A DNA stretch of 64,000 bases from Candidatus Omnitrophota bacterium (GTDB lineage Bacteria; Omnitrophota; Gorgyraeia; Gygaellales; Profunditerraquicolaceae). Every line of letters begins with the position of its first letter. Within the stretch, counting starts at the first letter, position 1. Position numbers and translations under genes: made by a program. The stretch lies in assembly GCA_003598025.1 (NCBI GenBank), contig QZKH01000003.1:439221-503220 (forward strand), read 5' to 3'. The notes below the pieces were generated by a model. That model was given only the letters and a program-made list of their open reading frames with translations. It was not told where the DNA came from and did no database searches. Of the stretch, positions 49,446 to 60,477 are shown piece by piece.

Positions 49446-50138
49446 CTAAGCAGGGTGATGCTCATTACTTAGAATTGGGCTGGCATCCTGTTGAGAATAA
49501 CAGATAAGGATATCTCCGGAATTAATAACTGTTTCTCCGGTCAGTCCTCCGATGAATTTCTCTCTTCTGCCAATTTTGCGGTAAATACCTAAAACGAGCA
49601 CCCCAAGCTGTTCAAGGTGCAATTCGTTGAGTTTTTTATCAACGGCCCAGCTATTTTTTCTCACAATGACCCTAGATATGCAATAACCTTCACTAAGTCC
49701 TAAGAGCTGTTCATAATCAAAGATACGCATTGTTGTCCATTTCTTAAGAGCCTTACTTATAACCTTTCTCATTAAGACATATATGTGCCTTGACCGCGCA
49801 AATAAAAATATAAGTAATAGCCCCAATAAAAGAATAATGCCTTTTATGGCAAAATCCGTGCCATTTTTGTCCATAAAAGTAAGGACTAGCGTAGCCATTG
49901 ACGTTGTGATACCCGCACTGCCAAAAAGTATAAGCAAGCGTATTATCCTGCGCCGCACTGGATGGGCGACTATAGCCTCTGACTCTGAAGTAGTAAAACC
50001 GGCACCTGAAAAAGCAGATTGCGCCTGAAAGGATGCTATTTCAGGGGATAGCCAAGTGAGCTCAAGTGCAATCGCTCCAATTCTAACGCCGATCAAAGAC
50101 AGTGTTATAATTATAAGAAGGCCAATCAGAGCAAACAT
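49446..50138 (-). CDS. Membrane protein with TrkA-C domain (putative K+ transport related)
   Basis: FQAQSAFSGAGFTTSESE...HPVRRRI; C-terminal RCK_C-like region. Confidence 0.82.
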   Translation of the reverse strand: MFALIGLLIIITLSLIGVRIGAIALELTWLSPEIASFQAQSAFSGAGFTTSESEAIVAHPVRRRIIRLLILFGSAGITTSMATLVLTFMDKNGTDFAIKGIILLLGLLLIFLFARSRHIYVLMRKVISKALKKWTTMRIFDYEQLLGLSEGYCISRVIVRKNSWAVDKKLNELHLEQLGVLVLGIYRKIGRREKFIGGLTGETVINSGDILICYSQQDASPILSNEHHPA

Positions 50139-50197
50139 TCTAACCTCCCGTATATCAATATACTTTTATTTTTGGTCTTTTTTAATCGCATATAATA

Positions 50198-51871
<1,674 letters not shown>

Positions 51872-51950
51872 TTAATCTGGCTGCGTAATCTTAAAAGTTA
51901 ATTCTATTAGGTTACATTTTACATTCACTGTATTCTTAAAGCAAGAAAAT

Positions 51951-52799
51951 TTAGAAAACAATTGTTTTATTCCCAAGCCTGATTATCCGGTAATCTATAT
52001 AGCTGCTTATCGCTGATGATAAAGCCCTTTTCTCCAGGTTCTTGCCTTTTCTGATAAGGCTGGTTAAATCATCATTATGTGAAATGTATTCTACGGATTG
52101 GCTTATTATCGGTCCGTCATCAAGGTCCTCATTAACAAAATGGGCCGTTGCGCCGATAACCTTGACCCCCCTATCAAGGGCCTGGCGGTAAGGATTAGCT
52201 CCCTTAAATGAAGGAAGAAAACCGTGGTGGATATTTATTATATCCTTTGCATAACTGGATAAGAAATTCTTTGATAATACCAGCATGTACCTGGCCAAAA
52301 CCAGGAAATCCGAGTTATTAGCAAGGGCAAGGATCTTATCCTCCTGCCTATTGCTTTTGTTTGCCGCAACATAATAAAAAGGTATATGGTACTGCTCTGC
52401 TAAGCTCCTGTGGTTTTCATAGTTACTGATGACAAACGGTATATTTACAGGCAACTCACCTGATTTAACAAGATACAATAAATCAACGAGGCAATGGTCG
52501 GGTTTAGATACTAATATACCCATATTCAGTATCCGGCTCTTATCGTGCATCTGCCATTTGGCGCCGAAACTATCCGCAATCCGGCTGAATTCATTTTTAA
52601 ATTCCAGGATATCTTTATTTGCTGAGTCGATCTCAAACTCTACGCGCATTGAAAAATGACCTTTGGCAGGATCGGTAGTATGCTGATTAGCGGTTATTAT
52701 ATTGCCGTCATTCCTGAAGATAAAATCTGAAACTTTAGCCACTATTCCCTTCTGGTCACCGCACTGTAATAATAAAACCATTCTTTTTGTTCCGCTCAT
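51951..52799 (-). CDS. purU: Formyltetrahydrofolate deformylase
   Basis: N-terminal ACT (CGDQKGIVA), LARYM, INIHHGFLPSFKGANPY, GATAHFV. Confidence 0.95.
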   Translation of the reverse strand: MSGTKRMVLLLQCGDQKGIVAKVSDFIFRNDGNIITANQHTTDPAKGHFSMRVEFEIDSANKDILEFKNEFSRIADSFGAKWQMHDKSRILNMGILVSKPDHCLVDLLYLVKSGELPVNIPFVISNYENHRSLAEQYHIPFYYVAANKSNRQEDKILALANNSDFLVLARYMLVLSKNFLSSYAKDIINIHHGFLPSFKGANPYRQALDRGVKVIGATAHFVNEDLDDGPIISQSVEYISHNDDLTSLIRKGKNLEKRALSSAISSYIDYRIIRLGNKTIVF

Positions 52800-52895
52800 C
52801 CCCACCGCCTTTTATTAAAGACTATAAGATATGTGGTTAAATAATATTAGATAAAATAAACGTTATGCCGCTTTAAAAACCTGATAAGGCAGGGT

Positions 52896-53858
52896 TTATT
52901 TTTTTATTAACTCTTCTTTTATCTTATATATGATCCCTGAAGCTATTTCCGGCCTTGGCAGCATAAACTTCCTGGCGGAAACCGTAATACGAGTTTTGCG
53001 TTCCGATATCTTTTCAAGCTTTACTCCGATACTTGCCCCTCTTACATCTCCGCCGATACAGCCGTTTCGTTCATTCATCCTGGTCAACCTTCCCGCAGAA
53101 TTCAAAACATGTTCCGTTGCCTTGCAAAGCTCATCATAACTGACATCAAGTTCTGCCTGGGCACTGTCTTTACCTACAAACGTTGCCGCAACCGCAACCG
53201 GCAATACTGCTACCCCCGCTACCATAGCGACCCCATAGATAGCCGCGCCCTTAATCCCGGCTGATTTCATCGGTTCGGATAATATAAGGATTGCCAGCTG
53301 CTTTGCGCTGGTTATATTCTTATAGTCCTTATTTATATTAATCTCATATACATTTACAGTCGGCTCATCCCCCACAGAGTAATCTTTCATAACCAGCCTT
53401 CCTATATTAAGCTTAAGGTGGTCTATGCGCAAAGGCAAATCTGCGGGTTTTGATTTTGCTTTTGGTTCTTTTGGCGCATGATTTTGCGAAACCTTTAAAG
53501 CATCGGCATTAAGCTTCCCTTCCCTGTTCTTTATCAGGCCGACTTCTTTAACCACGATTTCAGCATTAGGAAGGTGTATCTCTTTTTTCAATAAAGCAGC
53601 CAGGTCATATTCTACTCTGATCTTCGTTAATTCTATTATTATCCCCTTAGGGAAACCTTTAGGATTATAAACAGTCAGGCCGCTGATCATCATTGACTGT
53701 TTAAATATACCCATAGAAAAACCTTCTACTCTCACCGGGGCACCAAGGATGCTTGATGCGGCAACTGTTATGGTAGTCCTGATAATCTGGTCCCTAAGCA
53801 CCATCAGAGTCAAGGTAATTAAAAGTATAATACCTACTATGATAATGATCTTTTTCAT
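52896..53858 (-). CDS. AsmA-like N-terminal region fused to a DUF3568-like C-terminal domain
   Basis: N-terminal TM, GLTVYNPKGF, then hydrophobic linker and C-terminal VKLEKISERKTRITVSARK. Confidence 0.6.
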   Translation of the reverse strand: MKKIIIIVGIILLITLTLMVLRDQIIRTTITVAASSILGAPVRVEGFSMGIFKQSMMISGLTVYNPKGFPKGIIIELTKIRVEYDLAALLKKEIHLPNAEIVVKEVGLIKNREGKLNADALKVSQNHAPKEPKAKSKPADLPLRIDHLKLNIGRLVMKDYSVGDEPTVNVYEININKDYKNITSAKQLAILILSEPMKSAGIKGAAIYGVAMVAGVAVLPVAVAATFVGKDSAQAELDVSYDELCKATEHVLNSAGRLTRMNERNGCIGGDVRGASIGVKLEKISERKTRITVSARKFMLPRPEIASGIIYKIKEELIKK

Positions 53859-53869
53859 TTATCCCCCTA

Positions 53870-54556
53870 TCATTTATTCCTCGTGTTTATCTCTCCATCC
53901 AGGACTTTAGGCAATGGCTGCGTATCAATTCGGATACCCCCGTCATGTTCGATTTTAACCGTATAAAGTATACCCGGGACAAACTTACTGGCAGGAGCCT
54001 CTATCTGCGCGTTCTTAATCCCCAACAACTTCGCCTTATCATTATCTAAAGCATAATCCCAGAATTCTTTCCAGATCTTCTTTTGGAAATTGCTTGCCCT
54101 GCCCTTTATTTCATAGCCTGACGGGATATTGTCAACTTTATTAATTTCGTATACCTGGGCTTCTTTGCCATTAATAACAAATGTTTTCATAAATATATAT
54201 GCGCTTTTACCTTTGAGCCGGTTTCCTTTCATGACGAATTTATCATCAAAGCGGATCACTAACGCCTGGAAATGGATTATATTGCCGGGGAAGGTAAAAT
54301 ATCTGGGTTTTAGCGCAGAATTATCGGTATCGTACTCAAGAAATTTGATAGTTGTAAGTTCCTTATTGGTGGCAGGGTCTTTCTCAACCCGGGTGACGAT
54401 AACCTGTGCAATCCGGGACTCGGCAGTCAGCCTTGAGATTATCTGGGATAGGATCATCCTTTCTGCGTGTATTTTTATTAAATACACAATTATAAGTGCT
54501 GCAATAAATATAATAAAGAGTGTGGTAAATTTTATTCTGCCTGGCATAATTATCAA
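53870..54556 (-). CDS. Hypothetical membrane-anchored protein
   Basis: Single N-terminal TM; co-oriented with neighbours; start may be ATG 54547. Confidence 0.75.
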   Translation of the reverse strand: MIIMPGRIKFTTLFIIFIAALIIVYLIKIHAERMILSQIISRLTAESRIAQVIVTRVEKDPATNKELTTIKFLEYDTDNSALKPRYFTFPGNIIHFQALVIRFDDKFVMKGNRLKGKSAYIFMKTFVINGKEAQVYEINKVDNIPSGYEIKGRASNFQKKIWKEFWDYALDNDKAKLLGIKNAQIEAPASKFVPGILYTVKIEHDGGIRIDTQPLPKVLDGEINTRNK

Positions 54557-54804
54557 TATCTATAAATCTTTAACATCGCCCAAAATACCGACAGGCTTGC
54601 GAGGAAGAAAATAACGCTTAGCAAGCCTTTATTTATATCCCAGCTGAAAAAACGGGATAAGTCATAAAATGCATAGACTGCAAAAGTGAAACTGATACAT
54701 AAACCGTATCTCTTATTCTTGTTTAAATATACGGCCAGACCGATAAAAACAATTGCTATTTCCAGAATAACTGAGACTATATTTAAAATAAGCATCCGAT
54801 TCAC
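54553..54804 (-). CDS. Hypothetical small membrane protein
   Basis: Three TMs, FAVYAFYDLSR motif; abuts neighbours. Confidence 0.72.
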   Translation of the reverse strand: MNRMLILNIVSVILEIAIVFIGLAVYLNKNKRYGLCISFTFAVYAFYDLSRFFSWDINKGLLSVIFFLASLSVFWAMLKIYRY

Positions 54805-55143
54805 TTATTTATACGACTGGAAACCCGGCATCCTTTCGCTTTTTAATTTCTGGAAACGCTCATCGCTTACACTCATCAATCCTTTAAGATACCTCCAGGG
54901 GATAAGTATATTCGTTTTTACCTTTTCTTTTACCTGTTTGTTGGGAGGGATAAGCTCTCCTTTATCATCCCACCAAACACCCAGCTCATACGCGGGATTC
55001 TCAATCCAGACACCTATATCATCGACACCGGTGACAACAGCCCACACTTCATCCTTATAGATCTGGAAGAGTGACAAATCCTGCCTGATTTCATCGGAGA
55101 ACTTAATAAGAATCAATTTACCGGCTAATTCTTCTAACTGCAT
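54805..55143 (-). CDS. Hypothetical protein, possible Sm/LSm-like beta fold
   Basis: AGGAGG RBS; AVVTGVDDIGVWIE...ILIPWRYL pattern. Confidence 0.65.
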   Translation of the reverse strand: MQLEELAGKLILIKFSDEIRQDLSLFQIYKDEVWAVVTGVDDIGVWIENPAYELGVWWDDKGELIPPNKQVKEKVKTNILIPWRYLKGLMSVSDERFQKLKSERMPGFQSYK

Positions 55144-55289
55144 ATCCACCTCCTATCCTGACTTATACTCATTATAACTCATATAGCTAGCCTTTCCAAA
55201 TACTTTACACTCGGGGTAAAGACTGATACTGAAATTTAAAAACAATTGAGATGAAAAAACTTTGGTAGGGGTTCAGGTAATCAGGTATT

Positions 55290-56069
55290 TCACTGATATA
55301 CTTTGCCATCTAAGAATAGCTTAACCGGATGAGCCTCTCCTTTAGAATCAATAGCCACTTCTACTACTATATTACTACTCCCGGAACCTGGAGACAAAAC
55401 GTTTGTATTCAACGCTTCAATTTTTTCTAGAGCCTTTTCATATTTCTCTTTAATCTTATCTTCTTCCGGCTTAAGAATGATCCCTTCCTTGACCCAGATA
55501 TCTATCTCTTTCTCAAGGTTGTTATACCACCAGCGGGATATTCCTGCCTTATAGATTCTTCTGGTCTCCTCATCAAGATTATTGATGAGCTCTTGCCTGC
55601 GCTTCTCAATCTCCCGCCAGTTATTGGGCCTCTCAACTTCCCGGGCAAGTTCCTGGCTTAAGAAAAATGATTCAATACCGTAGCTGGCCCAAATAGTATC
55701 CAGCCGGCTACTCATAAAATAGTGACTATTGACCCTGCCTTTTATATATAACCCGCCTGTCTTTGGCTTTTTAATATAAACAGCCTCCGGCTGCCAATAC
55801 TCGCCTTCCTTATTCAATAAAACGTATATCTCCTGGCCGCTTTTTATCTTATCTACGGTTGCGTCCTTAAGCAGCTTAACTGGCAGGTCGTTTATTTTAT
55901 ATCTTAAAGCAACGTAATTGCCGCGGAATACGCTCATGGGATCAACCGGTATCGTCTCAAGCAATATCCTGTGAGCATCTTTAAGCTTCGCCTGCTGATA
56001 AAAAATCATTGCTGCCAGGAAACATAATTGCAGGATCAATATAACCAAAATAAAATATTTTCTCTTCAT
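55290..56069 (-). CDS. GDYXXLXY-domain protein
   Basis: PVDPMSVFRGNYVALRY, YGIESFF; follows the DUF2157 gene. Confidence 0.88.
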   Translation of the reverse strand: MKRKYFILVILILQLCFLAAMIFYQQAKLKDAHRILLETIPVDPMSVFRGNYVALRYKINDLPVKLLKDATVDKIKSGQEIYVLLNKEGEYWQPEAVYIKKPKTGGLYIKGRVNSHYFMSSRLDTIWASYGIESFFLSQELAREVERPNNWREIEKRRQELINNLDEETRRIYKAGISRWWYNNLEKEIDIWVKEGIILKPEEDKIKEKYEKALEKIEALNTNVLSPGSGSSNIVVEVAIDSKGEAHPVKLFLDGKVYQ

Positions 56070-56073
56070 TCTG

Positions 56074-57393
56074 TTAACCCCGGTGCATTTTTGCTTCTAT
56101 TTTCCTTCTTGCATTATCCGCAAGTATAGACCCGACTATTAAGATAACCCCTCCCAGCATAAATAATAATGACCTGGGCATCATTTTCCATAACGTATCG
56201 AAATACCTGCTAAGCACATCAATGAAGAATATAATTATTATCAGGCGGAATACCCCTTCGCTGTGCCTTAAGAAACTAAGATACATCAGAACGAATATAT
56301 TAAGCAATAAGGCAAGATTATAAAACCAGGAAGTTGTTTTTGGAAATGTCAGGCCCAAACACATACCCAGGGCTGAAACACACAACAGCATGAGGACGTA
56401 GCCTGATTCTTTTGCATCATTAGGGTCTTCAGCCTTGGACATCTTGTGTAGTAAGGCCAGGGGAAGTAAAACAAAAAACACAAGCAGGATATTGAATACC
56501 GGCTTGCACCCTAAACCGATATAATTATCATAATGGTGTGAAAAAGTAAGAGAATAGGCGCTTATACAAATAATCAAGACTCCGATAAATTTATACAAAA
56601 AAGCAAAGATATTAAAGTTCTTAAGCTTTTCATGCTGCATACCCAGGGCATAAAGCAAAAAACCAAAAAAACTTAAAACACTTACCAGCATGATCTGAGC
56701 GCTAAGCCCGGCGTAAGCCAGGTTTTCACATTTGATCATCCAAAAATGTATTATCCAGTAAAAAACAATGGCTATAGAAATAAACAAAGAGAATCTCTGC
56801 TTGATATAATATGACAACCACACTAAAACAGCCAGCAAAAGAAAGACTCCGTAGGCCTCCCGTTCATAATAATAAGCCTGGTAGGAAAAAAGCCATATAA
56901 GGCTAAGAAGCGAAGAAAGGCTTAACACTGTCCATGAACGGCAGATAAAAACAATTGGCAATATACCGATTATCCAGAATAATATTCCGGCTGAAAAATT
57001 ATAGTGTATTTGATAGATCTGGGCTATAAGCCATATACCTGCCCCGAACGCAAATGAACCTATTATTAAGAAGCCTTCGCTTAAGCCAAGATACCTGTCT
57101 TTTATATACCTGAAATAGTAGCTTGCCAGATGAAATAGCGTAATCGCCGAAAAGATAATCAGCACCTTTGATAATTTAGGTATTTTTTGCCAGTTTGAGG
57201 CTATAAAAAGGATTATACCTAAACCAATGAGGATTGAACCTAACGATATTACTGTATTGATTAAACGGTTATATTCAGGACGGCTGGAATAAAAACTGCG
57301 GATGCGGCTCTCCTGGGAAGAGTCAATTATCCCCTGACTCACCCAGTTCTTGGTCTCCTCATAAAGCTTTTTTACCCATGCTTTTGAAACCAT
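56074..57393 (-). CDS. DUF2157 membrane protein
   Basis: LGSILIGLGIILFIASNW, GAGIWLIAQIY; many TMs. Confidence 0.88.
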   Translation of the reverse strand: MVSKAWVKKLYEETKNWVSQGIIDSSQESRIRSFYSSRPEYNRLINTVISLGSILIGLGIILFIASNWQKIPKLSKVLIIFSAITLFHLASYYFRYIKDRYLGLSEGFLIIGSFAFGAGIWLIAQIYQIHYNFSAGILFWIIGILPIVFICRSWTVLSLSSLLSLIWLFSYQAYYYEREAYGVFLLLAVLVWLSYYIKQRFSLFISIAIVFYWIIHFWMIKCENLAYAGLSAQIMLVSVLSFFGFLLYALGMQHEKLKNFNIFAFLYKFIGVLIICISAYSLTFSHHYDNYIGLGCKPVFNILLVFFVLLPLALLHKMSKAEDPNDAKESGYVLMLLCVSALGMCLGLTFPKTTSWFYNLALLLNIFVLMYLSFLRHSEGVFRLIIIIFFIDVLSRYFDTLWKMMPRSLLFMLGGVILIVGSILADNARRKIEAKMHRG

Positions 57394-57489
57394 GGATTAA
57401 TTTTATCATTGTAATTATTAAAGTCAATAATTTTAATTCCCTGAAGGATAAAAATGCGGATTTTACGGATCTTTATGCAGCGTAAGGTA

Positions 57490-58773
57490 TTATTCGACCA
57501 ACCACGACATATCGCGGTTTGCCTTCTTCCAATCCTTTATTACCACGTAACCGATGAGGTTAAATACAGCATTGCGCAAGCGTAGTTTTAAAAGGAGGGC
57601 TATCGATCTTGAGAGGGAATAAAATTTAGTGTAACCTTTAATAAGTTCATGCTGCAGCTCTTTGGCGGATATCAACTTTGGCTTAAATACCACATGCTGG
57701 CCGTCATAAAGGCTCCAGTCTTTTGTAAATATGCGCCCCTCTTTTTCCAGCTCATCAAAAACTTTTGTACCGGGAAAAGGGGTCAGTGCGCACATCTGCA
57801 TAGTGTCTATCCTATGTTTTCTTGCGAATCTTATCGTATCCCAGACAGTCTTTGTATCATCATTATCTCCGCCTAAGACAAACATACCGTGAACCTTGAT
57901 TTTTTTCTTATGGAATGCGGCAAGCGAATCGGAGATATCTGCCACTGTCTGCTTTTTATCGTATGCTTTAAGGCTAAGTTCATTGACTGATTCTATGCCT
58001 ACGCAGACTACTTTACACCCTGCCCGGGCCATCAGCCCCAAGAGCTTATCGTTTTTTGTCACATCGCAGCGTACCTGGCATGCCCAATTCCTTAATCTTT
58101 CACCTAACATGAATCTAAGCAGGGCAAGTGTCCTTTTTGGATGCGCAGCAAAATTATCATCGCAGAAAAATAATGTATTGTTTCTGCGTAATTTAAGCTC
58201 TCTAATTACGCTCTCTGCGCTGCGGAAACGGTATTTACGCCCGAATAGCTTGGTTACCGCACAAAAACTGCAATCAAACGGGCACCCTCTAGAAGTAGAA
58301 ACCAAGGTAACTGCAGAAGCCCTTCTGTATCCTTTAATCAATGAAAAATCCGGAAAAGGAAGGCTATCAAGGTCTTCAACTGCACTGCCATAAACTAATC
58401 TGTCTTTATTCCTGCCCTCAATTACATCAACTATTATATTTTCGCCTTCGCCTATTACTACCTGGCGGGCATACTGGCTGGCTTCCTCAGGCAGAAGGCT
58501 GGCATGTATTCCTCCAATTACCACCTTCTCCCTAGGGAATCTCTTAGCGATTTCATATCCCCGCTTAGCAGTAGAAGTAAGGATTGATATACCTATAACA
58601 TCTGCCTCAAGCTTACTGTAATCCGGCATGCATATATCTTCCTTATATATAGTAACTTCGTGCCCCCTGTCTCTGAGGATCGTCCCAAGATAGACGGGCC
58701 CCAGAAGAGGCATAGCAAGTTTACTATAAACATTTGCCTCGGATGAACGCGGTTCAATAAATACTATCTTCAT
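57490..58773 (-). CDS. Cobalamin-binding radical SAM protein
   Basis: PLLG, GGIHAS, GEGE, SRGCPFDCSFC, CDDNF, GIES, TPFPGT. Confidence 0.93.
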   Translation of the reverse strand: MKIVFIEPRSSEANVYSKLAMPLLGPVYLGTILRDRGHEVTIYKEDICMPDYSKLEADVIGISILTSTAKRGYEIAKRFPREKVVIGGIHASLLPEEASQYARQVVIGEGENIIVDVIEGRNKDRLVYGSAVEDLDSLPFPDFSLIKGYRRASAVTLVSTSRGCPFDCSFCAVTKLFGRKYRFRSAESVIRELKLRRNNTLFFCDDNFAAHPKRTLALLRFMLGERLRNWACQVRCDVTKNDKLLGLMARAGCKVVCVGIESVNELSLKAYDKKQTVADISDSLAAFHKKKIKVHGMFVLGGDNDDTKTVWDTIRFARKHRIDTMQMCALTPFPGTKVFDELEKEGRIFTKDWSLYDGQHVVFKPKLISAKELQHELIKGYTKFYSLSRSIALLLKLRLRNAVFNLIGYVVIKDWKKANRDMSWLVE

Positions 58774-58789
58774 AAAATTATTTTAATGC

Positions 58790-58993
58790 TTATTTTACGA
58801 TATTAATAGTTACTGCTCTCGGGCCTTTATCGGATTTCTCTACTTCAAATGTGACTTCCTGGTCCTCAGTTAAGGTATCGAATTTAGCGTCTACGAGCCC
58901 GCTCTGATGAAAGAACAATTCTCTGCCGTCATTATCACTTATGAACCCGAAACCCCTGTCACGGACCAGCTTCTTTATTTTACCTGTATGCAT
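58790..58993 (-). CDS. Cold-shock domain protein
   Basis: RGFGFI, LFFHQS, KGPRA. Confidence 0.93.
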   Translation of the reverse strand: MHTGKIKKLVRDRGFGFISDNDGRELFFHQSGLVDAKFDTLTEDQEVTFEVEKSDKGPRAVTINIVK

Positions 58994-59010
58994 TTGAAAC
59001 TCCTCTCTGT

Positions 59011-59049
59011 AAAAAATAAGGCCTGGGATCTATTATAATCCCAGGCCTT
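59011..59049 (-). terminator. Intrinsic terminator between the two csp genes
   Basis: 12-bp stem AAGGCCTGGGAT/ATCCCAGGCCTT followed by ATTTTTT on minus strand. Confidence 0.7.
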
Positions 59050-59065
59050 TGCTTATAGTCAAAGA

Positions 59066-59266
59066 TTATAATTTTACTACTCTGACAGCTTGCTCTCCCT
59101 TTGGTCCCTTTTCGATATCAAACTCTACTTCCTGACCTTCTGCAAGAGTCTTATAGCCATCGCCCTGAATTGCGGTATGATGTACGAATACATCACTTCC
59201 TGATTCAGGAGTAATAAAGCCATAACCTTTTTGGTTCGAAAACCACTTTACTTTACCTCTAGCCAT
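59066..59266 (-). CDS. Cold-shock protein
   Basis: GKVKWF, KGYGFI (RNP1), VFVHH (RNP2), KGEQA. Confidence 0.96.
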   Translation of the reverse strand: MARGKVKWFSNQKGYGFITPESGSDVFVHHTAIQGDGYKTLAEGQEVEFDIEKGPKGEQAVRVVKL

Positions 59267-59393
59267 TACTTACTACCCTCCTTTCTTACTTATTTTTTGT
59301 GTAGTAAATAACGGCTCGTAACAAAAAAAGCCGTTTCGGCAAGTCTATCTGCCTTACGGCTTCAATTTCACTTCCCTCTCTACTACAGGTGTA

Positions 59394-59422
59394 AATATAC
59401 ACTACATTCAGACAAATGTCAA
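59394..59422 (-). promoter_or_regulatory. Sigma70 promoter of the csp genes
   Basis: TTGACA-17 nt-TATATT, leaving a ~120-nt leader. Confidence 0.75.
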
Positions 59423-59431
59423 GGATTAATT

Positions 59432-59581
59432 AGTTCACGGTTCATAGTTCATGGTTCATAGATAATCTATATATTATATCCTTATTTAGGCAGGGCTCAT
59501 AGTTCCTGGTTGATAGTTCATAGAAAAGTTGATCGCAAGGACACCATACGTAATACCTATACAATCCATGAACTATGAGCC
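59432..59581. repeat. Heptamer (RGTTCAT) tandem arrays with an inverted copy
   Basis: agttcac ggttcat agttcat ggttcat; ggctcat agttcct ggttgat agttcat; inverted ccatgaactatgagcc. Confidence 0.8.
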
Positions 59582-59606
59582 AGAATAGTGACTAACCATT
59601 AGCTTA

Positions 59607-59939
59607 TTATTTATGCCTATATTTGATAACCCTTGCTTTTTCAAGAGTAATAAGGCCCTCGACTACGCAATCATCCAGAAAAGGCAGGAGTTTATTAAGA
59701 TTTGCATCTGTATCTACAATCTCGATTACAACCGGGAGGTCTTCTGAAAGACGGAGGACTTTTGCCGAATGCAACCTGCTATCGGCGCCAAAACCAATAA
59801 TACCGCGAATAACAGTTGCGCCTGCCAAATTCAATTCTCTTGCTTTACAAACTATGTATTCATAAAGAGGTTTCCCCTCATAAACGTCGGACTCGCCTAC
59901 AAATACCCTCAAAAGCATGCCTTCTTCCGGGAGCTTCAT
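59607..59939 (-). CDS. DUF190 (PII-like) protein
   Basis: LLRVFVGESD, GATVIRGIIGFG, LSEDLPVVIEIVD; downstream of crcB. Confidence 0.93.
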   Translation of the reverse strand: MKLPEEGMLLRVFVGESDVYEGKPLYEYIVCKARELNLAGATVIRGIIGFGADSRLHSAKVLRLSEDLPVVIEIVDTDANLNKLLPFLDDCVVEGLITLEKARVIKYRHK

Positions 59940-59949
59940 ATTCTCCTCC

Positions 59950-60336
59950 TTAATCTATTAAAGTCAGCAATAATCTCGCAGACAAAAATCCGGTAACTAC
60001 CAAAATAATACCTAGGGCATTAGTAAAAAAAATATTAATAATCATTAGCCGGTATTGGCTGTCTCTTAGAAGATTCAAGTTCTCCAAACTGAATGTAGAG
60101 AAAGTGGTAAATCCGCCTAGAATACCGATAAATATAAATAGCCTTATATTTGGAGAAACCGCTATGCGCTCAAAAACGCCCCATAAGAATCCTATTACTA
60201 ATGAACCTGAAAGATTGACTACCAGCGTCCCGTAAGGGAAAACAGCACCAGAAAACTTATAATCAATGCCTGAAATAACATAACGCAATAGGGTCCCTAT
60301 CGCTCCGCCTGTTGCAATAACAAAAAACCTCAACAT
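59950..60336 (-). CDS. crcB: Fluoride efflux channel Fluc/CrcB
   Basis: GGAIGTLLRY, PYGTLVVN, GILGGFTTFSTF. Confidence 0.96.
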   Translation of the reverse strand: MLRFFVIATGGAIGTLLRYVISGIDYKFSGAVFPYGTLVVNLSGSLVIGFLWGVFERIAVSPNIRLFIFIGILGGFTTFSTFSLENLNLLRDSQYRLMIINIFFTNALGIILVVTGFLSARLLLTLID

Positions 60337-60361
60337 AAGCCAATGTCCTCCTGTTTGGATT

Positions 60362-60413
60362 TTGTAGGAGTTATCAGCCTGTTGAGGCGTTTATTGGCAA
60401 ACCCCATTGCCAG
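60362..60413 (-). ncRNA. Fluoride (crcB) riboswitch
   Basis: Minus strand GGCAATGGGGTTTGCCAATAAACGCCTCAACAGGCTGATAACTCCTAC matches the motif layout (GGxxATGG...GCC, AAAC-stem, GCTRATRACTCCTAC) directly upstream of crcB. Confidence 0.93.
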
Positions 60414-60477
60414 TATTAATCTTCAGTTTATTATACCCCTTAACCTCTAAAAAATCATCTTTTATTTATTGCTGCTA

